64,000 bases of DNA, taken from contig JAZNBY010000181.1 of assembly GCA_045587325.1 (NCBI GenBank), positions 3,265-67,264 on the forward strand. The letters run 5' to 3'. The notes beneath the pieces were generated by a model. The model did not search any database and had not been told where the DNA came from. It worked only from the letters and a program-made list of their open reading frames with translations. The stretch is from Lachnospiraceae bacterium. Lineage in GTDB: Bacteria > Bacillota > Clostridia > Lachnospirales > Lachnospiraceae. Position numbers and translations under genes: made by a program. Within the stretch, counting starts at the first letter, position 1. The number at the start of each line of letters is the position of its first letter. Shown here one piece after another: positions 58,470-64,000 of this stretch.

Positions 58470-59792
58470 ATGAGCTACGGCGTAAAAGAAGTAAGTAACT
58501 CTCGCAGATGTCCTATCTGCGGGAAGGCTGAATGGTGTGGTTTTATGTACTCACCAGACGGCGAATTAGTAATCTGCAAACGAAACACGGACGCACAAAA
58601 AAACGAAGGATTTATGGGAACTGACGGTCATTTCTACATGTGTGTCGGCATTTCCCGTGGAGACAACAGGTGTTTCATGGATGCCAGTCTGTTAAAGGCT
58701 GCAATGGATGCGAGTGGCGGTAAGGAATTTGTTCCGCGAATGCCAGAACCGCCGACACCTGTTGACCCGGTAGACCAGCTGCCGGATCATGAGCTTGATA
58801 GATACTATCGAGCAATGATGTCGCATTTGAAGCTGGAGGATATGCACCGGGAGTATCTCCATAAGGAAGGATGGACGGACGAGATGATAGCAAAGTATAA
58901 TATCGTTTCGTTTCCGGAGAAAGACCGTACACGCTTTAAGTTCCGCAAGAATGTACGGATGAAAAATCCATACCGTAAGCGTCTCGCCAAAGAGATGCTT
59001 GAAGACCTCGGCAATCCCAAAGATGGACTGAAGGGTTTGCCTGGCGCTTTTATTTACGGCGAGGATTGGACTTTCACGGGCCCTTCCGGAATTATCTTTT
59101 GGCAGTACAATGCTCTTCACCAGATTGTTGGAGTTCGCATTCGTAAGGATTATATGGATGTGAATGGGGAGACTCAGAAAGATTCTGAGGGAACCTATTT
59201 CCTTCAAGACGAGGAGAAGTGGTACCTGGTTCCAATGAAGGGGGCTTATAAGCTTCTTTCCGACGGAACCCGTTCGTTCCGCAAGGATGGAATGTTTAAG
59301 GGAAAGTATAGAAACTTTTCCTCATTCCATGCTGATGAAAAAGAAGAGAGAGAAAATAACCGGTTAGTAAACATCTACACGAAAGGTGTTGCTGCCGGAA
59401 ATAAGCTTTCGTTCTACTCCGACAGTTCTCGTGATGATATGTATATTGCATACATTACAGAAGGTGAGAAGAAGGGTGCATTTGCGAATTATACAATGCG
59501 TGCACCGTTCATTGCGCTTCCCGGGGTAGATAGTTGGACTCTTCTTTTTAAAGGAAAAAACGGAGAAAGACCTGTAGACATTTTAAGAAACAACGGTTGT
59601 AAGGTTATCGTTGTCGCTTTTGATGCCGACAAGGGTACGAATGAAACTGTACTCGATCGTGAACGAAAGACCGTAGAAGCGTTGCGTCAGGAAGGTTTTG
59701 TGCTTGGTGTGGCTTCGTGGGATATCAACCTTGGAAAAGGTATTGATGACCTGCTCGCCGGAGGGCATAAGCCGTCGTATGAAGTTTACTAA
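58470..59792 (+). CDS. Zinc-finger/Toprim-domain DNA primase-like protein
   Basis: CPICGKAEWCG...VICKR zinc-finger-like N-terminus. Toprim-like ITEGEKKGAF and VVAFDADKG. Confidence 0.7.
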   Translation: MSYGVKEVSNSRRCPICGKAEWCGFMYSPDGELVICKRNTDAQKNEGFMGTDGHFYMCVGISRGDNRCFMDASLLKAAMDASGGKEFVPRMPEPPTPVDPVDQLPDHELDRYYRAMMSHLKLEDMHREYLHKEGWTDEMIAKYNIVSFPEKDRTRFKFRKNVRMKNPYRKRLAKEMLEDLGNPKDGLKGLPGAFIYGEDWTFTGPSGIIFWQYNALHQIVGVRIRKDYMDVNGETQKDSEGTYFLQDEEKWYLVPMKGAYKLLSDGTRSFRKDGMFKGKYRNFSSFHADEKEERENNRLVNIYTKGVAAGNKLSFYSDSSRDDMYIAYITEGEKKGAFANYTMRAPFIALPGVDSWTLLFKGKNGERPVDILRNNGCKVIVVAFDADKGTNETVLDRERKTVEALRQEGFVLGVASWDINLGKGIDDLLAGGHKPSYEVY

Positions 59793-59835
59793 TTTGAAAG
59801 GAGAGTACCCTATAATGTAGGGGAAGTGTCGCAAA

Positions 59836-60147
59836 ATGGGAAAGCAGGTGTACACATATTCCATTCGCAACGGAAGCGTTGTGGAGTATAAGGCAATAAT
59901 GACAGATGAAATCAAGAATAACAGTTTAGTAAGATTTGCGAGGCTTGGTGAAAACGGCAAAGAAGCATGGTGGCAATGGCTGCCTGACGAAGAGGGTGTC
60001 GTTTATAATGGGCAATTATGGCTTAGTCAGTCTGATTATCCCTCCGCAGTAGCATGTTTTATTCGCGATACCGAAGCCTATATAAAGATGCATGAGTATA
60101 AGCTTGCGGAGCTTAAGTCGAAACTTGATTATCTGAAATCCCTTTAA
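59836..60147 (+). CDS. Hypothetical protein, 103 aa
   Basis: ORF downstream of the primase, followed by a terminator. Confidence 0.5.
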   Translation: MGKQVYTYSIRNGSVVEYKAIMTDEIKNNSLVRFARLGENGKEAWWQWLPDEEGVVYNGQLWLSQSDYPSAVACFIRDTEAYIKMHEYKLAELKSKLDYLKSL

Positions 60148-60153
60148 CACCAT

Positions 60154-60189
60154 AAAAAAGAAAGTCGCTATATGGCGGCTTTCTTTTTA
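60154..60189. terminator. Bidirectional terminator
   Basis: AAAAAAGAAAGTCGC TATATG GCGGCTTTCTTTTT. Confidence 0.75.
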
Positions 60190-60190
60190 T

Positions 60191-60904
60191 TTATTGCGTT
60201 TCCATTATGCCTACTTTTATACAGTGGAGGGATGAGCTGTAGCTTGCTATGAATACTTCGTCTGCTCCCTCTACCACTATGGTCATCGCGTCTTTTCGTT
60301 CAACATAGTAGTCTTTCAAACGGTATATATTCTGCAATCTTGTAATTATGTCTATTGCTTCGCTTTCAGTTTCTATATATCCTGGCAGTTCCTTAAGATA
60401 CCAATAATCCGAATCTTCGTCCAGTTCCTCAAGCAGTGGAAGATTGGTGGGCTTAAGATGACATTCGACACCACCAACATTTTTTTCAAGTACCGGACGC
60501 AGAGGGTGTGTTGGAAAATTCTTTTTTATTGTCAAAATGTATAGCTTGTCCTCAACCAGTTCATATTCCGGAGCATCTTCGATGATAATTTCAAGATGCC
60601 CGTATGGATCATATGCATCCACTTTTCCATCCATAACTTTTAATGCAACCGGCATCCGAAGCTCAATGTTGTTCGGAAACTTCATAAATATTCTTTCATC
60701 AAAAGAGAGATTGCTTCGCTTTCGTAAATTATTTCTATGGACGAAGAAGGAGGAGTGCAGGTCCGGGGTGAGGAACATCGTAAGAATAGCGCTTCGTACA
60801 AAGTCATTCCAAAAATCCTTTTGTTTTGTCAGCTCGCTATTTATCCGGGCTTCGACTTCCTGTTCTTTTCTTTTTGCGTATGTTTCGTATGTATCCCTCA
60901 TCAT
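60191..60904 (-). CDS. Hypothetical protein, 237 aa
   Basis: Start moved to MMRDTYE (RBS GAGGTGAAA), because the longer listed ORF overlaps the upstream gene. Confidence 0.55.
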   Translation of the reverse strand: MMRDTYETYAKRKEQEVEARINSELTKQKDFWNDFVRSAILTMFLTPDLHSSFFVHRNNLRKRSNLSFDERIFMKFPNNIELRMPVALKVMDGKVDAYDPYGHLEIIIEDAPEYELVEDKLYILTIKKNFPTHPLRPVLEKNVGGVECHLKPTNLPLLEELDEDSDYWYLKELPGYIETESEAIDIITRLQNIYRLKDYYVERKDAMTIVVEGADEVFIASYSSSLHCIKVGIMETQ

Positions 60905-60906
60905 TT

Positions 60907-61503
60907 TCACCTCACAATTTTTGTTATTGTCATTATACATAGTATCAGGAGTGCCGGACGAGCAATCATGGTTTCCATAGCTCCGCCGCTTTCGAAAAGC
61001 TTCATTCCTATGCGTTTTTTGCTGAAAGGAAATAGCAGTGCTATCCTTCCGGATACTATATCTAATATTATATGTGACAGTAGCCCTATTGTAAATGCCA
61101 GCACATGCATCAACCATATTCTCTTATCGTTTGCAAATATAATAACGGATATGCCAGCTGCTATCGATATGAAAAAAACGGTAATGGGATAGTGACATAT
61201 CCCTCTGTGCATTAAGAAGCTTGTATTTTCTCTTATGCGCCTCTTTAATTTTCCAAAGGTAAATGCAGTTATGATTTTAATTAGCGTTTGAACTACGAAA
61301 AAGAGGAGAGATACAGGTAACAGTATCTTTCCTGCTTTACTTTTTATTTCATCCACATCCGGCAATAGAGCAGATAATCCACTAATCACTAATCCCGGTA
61401 CAAGCACATCATATGGTATAACTTTGTCCGATATATTGTGATATAGTAGGGCTGCACCAGCACTTGCAGCTATCCCGCCAAGTAAGTGAGTTTTCCATGT
61501 CAT
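60907..61503 (-). CDS. YdjM-family membrane-bound metal-dependent hydrolase-like protein
   Basis: MTWKTHLLGGIAASAGAALLY, HRGICHYPI, SHIILDIVSG. Multi-pass membrane protein. Confidence 0.7.
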   Translation of the reverse strand: MTWKTHLLGGIAASAGAALLYHNISDKVIPYDVLVPGLVISGLSALLPDVDEIKSKAGKILLPVSLLFFVVQTLIKIITAFTFGKLKRRIRENTSFLMHRGICHYPITVFFISIAAGISVIIFANDKRIWLMHVLAFTIGLLSHIILDIVSGRIALLFPFSKKRIGMKLFESGGAMETMIARPALLILCIMTITKIVR

Positions 61504-61522
61504 ATCATCACATCCTTTACAC

Positions 61523-61541
61523 AAGTTGACAAACTCAACTT
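61523..61541. promoter_or_regulatory. Palindromic operator AAGTTGA-CAAAC-TCAACTT
   Basis: Perfect 7-bp arms. Contains TTGACA. Confidence 0.6.
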
Positions 61542-61579
61542 ATTATAATATTACTATAAGTTGATGTGATTGTCAATAA

Positions 61580-61600
61580 AATGTTGACAAACTCAACATT
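61580..61600. promoter_or_regulatory. Palindromic operator AATGTTGA-CAAAC-TCAACATT
   Basis: Second copy of the 15-bp core GTTGACAAACTCAAC, 57 bp from the first. Confidence 0.6.
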
Positions 61601-61650
61601 TTATTGCATTCCTGTTTCTGTTGTGATATTATTAGGTTGGAGGTGATATT

Positions 61651-62019
61651 GTGTTGCCAGAACTTGACACTTTTTATGAGCGACTCTGTTATGCTAAGGA
61701 CTCGATTGGACCAAAGGTTCGCTGGCGTACAATAGCAGATGCAATAGGAATAGATAAAGCCAATTTCTCCAGATATAAGAATGGAAAATATTTTCCTTCA
61801 CCTGTTACACTGCTTAAGATAGCTCGCGAACTTGGTGTTGATGCAAGGTGGTTGGCGGGGAAAGATATAGTCTTTCCCGAAGATGGGATGGAACTGCTTG
61901 CTGTTATGTATGAGGCTTTAAACTATGATGGAAAAGCGGAAATATTAGCTGTATTAAAGAATCATTTTGGCCACAATGGTGATATGGAGGGCATATATGA
62001 AAGAATCTCGGTACTCTAG
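61651..62019 (+). CDS. XRE-family HTH regulator, 122 aa
   Basis: GTG start after GGAGGTG. IADAIGIDKANFSRYKNGKYFPSPVTLLKIARELGVDARWLAG. Confidence 0.8.
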   Translation: MLPELDTFYERLCYAKDSIGPKVRWRTIADAIGIDKANFSRYKNGKYFPSPVTLLKIARELGVDARWLAGKDIVFPEDGMELLAVMYEALNYDGKAEILAVLKNHFGHNGDMEGIYERISVL

Positions 62020-63418
62020 CCAATTTATCGGAGAAGTTGTTAAAAATATAGATCCGGTACTTACTACTTTCTTTTCTGTGAATCATAAACTGTATAAATT
62101 TCCCGTGCATTCTCTCAGGGAGGCAATATACGAGACGCTTCGCTCTACCATGAAGGGGTGTCTTGTCAAAGAGGAACTTATGTCTGTTATGAATCTAATG
62201 AAAAAGAGTAGGTTAAAGAAAAGGACCAGATGGAATGATGACTATACTGAGCGATTGACTTCTTTTCTTGATGGGCGAATTTCTAAAGACGACGCTCGAC
62301 TTCCGCAACGAATTCTTTTGTTGGATGAATATGAAATCATATCGGCTGTTGAAAAAGAGATAGAGGATACGAGGGCATGGAAAGCCCGTTCTGACAGTTA
62401 CCTGATAGAATATCCGGGACTTCATCAATCTACTTTCACAGGAGTATGGAATTGCTTCAAATCGGACCTTGCGGTATGTATCTGGAAGTATGTGCTTCGT
62501 GAACTTAACGGTAATATTAATTCGTTTTATCGTAGTTACCCGGAAAGTTTTATTCAAAGTCCTTTGTTTGCTCCTTCTTCATTTAACTTAATCATGAAGA
62601 AGACCGGGGATAACTTGTTAGAGGAAACAGTATATGACGAGGATGGGAATCCGTTGTTGGCTTTAGTTATACCCGATGGTGGTGAGGATACATTGCCTAA
62701 AGTTATGGATGAGACCGATTTAAAAATCCTTAACTCTTTCATCTCATCAATAGATAATGAATTTTACCGTAGTAAATCAACCACCATAGATATAAGGGCT
62801 TTAACGCGAGCCGTTGTTGGTTATCGTCCAGGTACTTCGAATTATAAAGCTATTGCCGATAGATGCATGAAGTTAGTTAATTACAACTATACAGTCATGT
62901 CCGAAGGTAGTTCATTGGCTTTTAATATATTTGATAATATCGTAATAATAGATGAAGGCTCTAACGAGGTTGTCCTTGATGATGTAGTTTCCGTTATAGA
63001 CGAGTCAAAGGAGTATACTGTTATTGCAACTTTTGGAGATGTCCTTGCAAATGCGATCATTCAGAAGCAGCTTATTCAAATAACAGAAAAAAATTATGAT
63101 GCACTGCAAAATCCGATGTCTAAAATTATTTATTATGCATTGGAAAAGGAGAGAGTTTCACTGCATGGTAGCGGCCACCTCACTTGCGTTTATTCCTACA
63201 CATATTTTCAAAAAATTGTTCGCTTCAAAGTAAAAAACAGGAGTAAAAATCTTAAGTTAATCGATGAAGCTTTGCAGGATTTCGTAGATAACGGTATCTG
63301 CATAAAGGAGTTTAACAGACTGGAAGATGGGAGTTATCAAATTACTTTTCTGCCTTTAAGTGACGAAGAGCTGGATGATATTGATTTAAAGAATCCTCTT
63401 TTTATTACAAAAAAATAA
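61997..63418 (+). CDS. Candidate plasmid replication initiator, 473 aa
   Basis: Functional call rests on context only: a large ORF directly upstream of the iteron array and downstream of an HTH regulator. ATG after GGAGGG. Overlaps the regulator's 3' end. No Rep motif recognised by eye. Confidence 0.5.
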   Translation: MKESRYSSQFIGEVVKNIDPVLTTFFSVNHKLYKFPVHSLREAIYETLRSTMKGCLVKEELMSVMNLMKKSRLKKRTRWNDDYTERLTSFLDGRISKDDARLPQRILLLDEYEIISAVEKEIEDTRAWKARSDSYLIEYPGLHQSTFTGVWNCFKSDLAVCIWKYVLRELNGNINSFYRSYPESFIQSPLFAPSSFNLIMKKTGDNLLEETVYDEDGNPLLALVIPDGGEDTLPKVMDETDLKILNSFISSIDNEFYRSKSTTIDIRALTRAVVGYRPGTSNYKAIADRCMKLVNYNYTVMSEGSSLAFNIFDNIVIIDEGSNEVVLDDVVSVIDESKEYTVIATFGDVLANAIIQKQLIQITEKNYDALQNPMSKIIYYALEKERVSLHGSGHLTCVYSYTYFQKIVRFKVKNRSKNLKLIDEALQDFVDNGICIKEFNRLEDGSYQITFLPLSDEELDDIDLKNPLFITKK

Positions 63419-63425
63419 CATTCTC

Positions 63426-63460
63426 AAATCTACAGTTATGATTATAACTGTAGATTTTTT
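63426..63460 (+). terminator. Terminator after Rep candidate
   Basis: AAATCTACAGTTAT GATT ATAACTGTAGATTT, 14-bp perfect stem plus a T tract. Confidence 0.8.
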
Positions 63461-63989
63461 ATGTGTATTTTGGGTTATTGAACCTGCCGGTATATAGAAA
63501 AATGTCTACCATTTTTGCGGTTTTTGATGCAGTCGATTAAAAAAATGTCTACCATTTCTGCGGTTTTTGATGCAGTCGATTAAAAAAATGTCTACCATTT
63601 CTGCGGTTTTTGATGAACCTCGATATAAAATGTCTACCATTTTTGCGGTTTTTGATGCAGCCAAGGAAAAATGTCTACCGTTTTTGCGGTTTTTATGTGT
63701 ATTTTGGGTTATTTAACCTGCCGGTATATAGAAAAATGTCTACCATTTTTGCGGTTTTTGATAGGAATGTCTACCTCTTTTGCGGTTTTTGATGAACCTC
63801 GATATAAAATGTCTACCTCTTTTGCGGTTTTTATTTTCTCAACAACCTTCTTTTTTATTAATAAATTGTCATTTTTATAATTCTTTTAACAAGTCGATAT
63901 ATTTCAGGGTAGACAAAAATATTCCTAAATTTTTTTGTCTACCATTTTTGCGGTTTTTAATAAGGATGTCTACCGTTTCTGCGGTTTTT
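63460..63989 (+). repeat. Iteron array: at least ten direct copies of ATGTCTACC(A/G/T)(T/C)TT(T/C)TGCGGTTTTT
   Basis: Copies start at 63502, 63545, 63588, 63630, 63671, 63736, 63767, 63809, 63935 and 63966. Most spacings are 41-43 bp. Nested higher-order duplications are present. The array reaches the window edge. Confidence 0.85.
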
Positions 63990-64000
63990 TAACGAGGGTG

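Larger units (their letters stand above)
1..64000. mobile_element. Conjugative plasmid-like element (partial; both window edges fall inside it)
   Basis: An iteron array plus candidate Rep, a ParA-type partition pair, a primase, a VirB4 ATPase, a VirD4-type coupling protein, a polytopic VirB6/TcpH-like protein and recombinases occur together. The left edge cuts a helicase ORF and the right edge cuts the iteron array. Plasmid versus integrated ICE cannot be decided from this window. Confidence 0.75.

Noticed and set aside
63460-63989. Regularly spaced direct repeats that could be mistaken for a CRISPR array
   Set aside because: The repeats are 24 bp with spacers of only about 7-20 nt. Several spacers are themselves repeated (GATGCAGTCGATTAAAAAA twice, GATGAACCTCGATATAAA twice). 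No cas genes are present, and the array follows a Rep-candidate gene. This is an iteron architecture, not CRISPR.
63610-63992. Three listed plus-strand ORFs (60-70 aa) with repeated MSTxFAVF peptides
   Set aside because: They are translation artefacts of the iteron repeats. The same peptide recurs because the DNA repeat recurs, and there is no RBS.
1-64000. Prophage or phage-plasmid interpretation
   Set aside because: I saw no terminase, portal, capsid, tail, holin/endolysin or tape-measure-like genes. T4SS, coupling protein, partition and iteron modules point to a conjugative plasmid or ICE.

Overview
AT-rich window that reads as a large part of a conjugative plasmid, or a plasmid-like ICE, from a low-GC Gram-positive host. 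The host inference rests on AGGAGG ribosome-binding sites, many exact TTGACA-17-TATAAT promoters and Tcp/Tn916-class transfer genes. Supported backbone modules: (i) Replication: a candidate initiator (61997..63418) followed by at least ten 24-bp iterons running into the right window edge, a zinc-finger/Toprim primase (58470..59792), and a DnaN-like clamp (2360..3502) directly behind an SNF2-type helicase (1..2292, 5' end outside the window). (ii) Partition: ParA (56737..57591) plus a partner with a C-terminal ribbon-helix-helix, flanked by TTTAAAGTGTTT-type repeats. (iii) Transfer: an operon at 3713..16258 with small membrane proteins, a VirB4 ATPase, an 887-aa polytopic TcpH/VirB6-like protein and membrane-anchored proteins, plus a separate VirD4/TraG-type coupling protein (53384..56047) with a replication-relaxation-like gene. 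(iv) Recombination: two tyrosine-recombinase genes. One is canonical. The other has a degenerate active site and lies beside a repeat-rich non-coding region (candidate oriT, TcpM-like idea). About half the window is accessory: a block of membrane, secreted and zinc-ribbon proteins with a non-canonical tRNA-like gene, a DUF2726-like nuclease-fold gene, a secreted lipoprotein nuclease operon, an ADP-ribosylglycohydrolase/QueG-like pair, and two long operons of small ORFans that share a TACACA-N6-TGTGTA operator. I saw no rRNA, CRISPR array, phage structural genes or recognisable resistance gene. Items most worth follow-up: the helicase ending in a clamp-binding-like QELLF next to the clamp gene; the GC-rich structured island at 16697..17060; the tRNA-like gene with an extended anticodon arm; the paralogous-domain module embedded in the transfer operon (10758..13576); the zinc-ribbon plus DUF2726 membrane pair; and the shared-operator regulon. 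All family assignments are by-eye motif recognition. No database or structure search was run, so they are hypotheses of varying strength.
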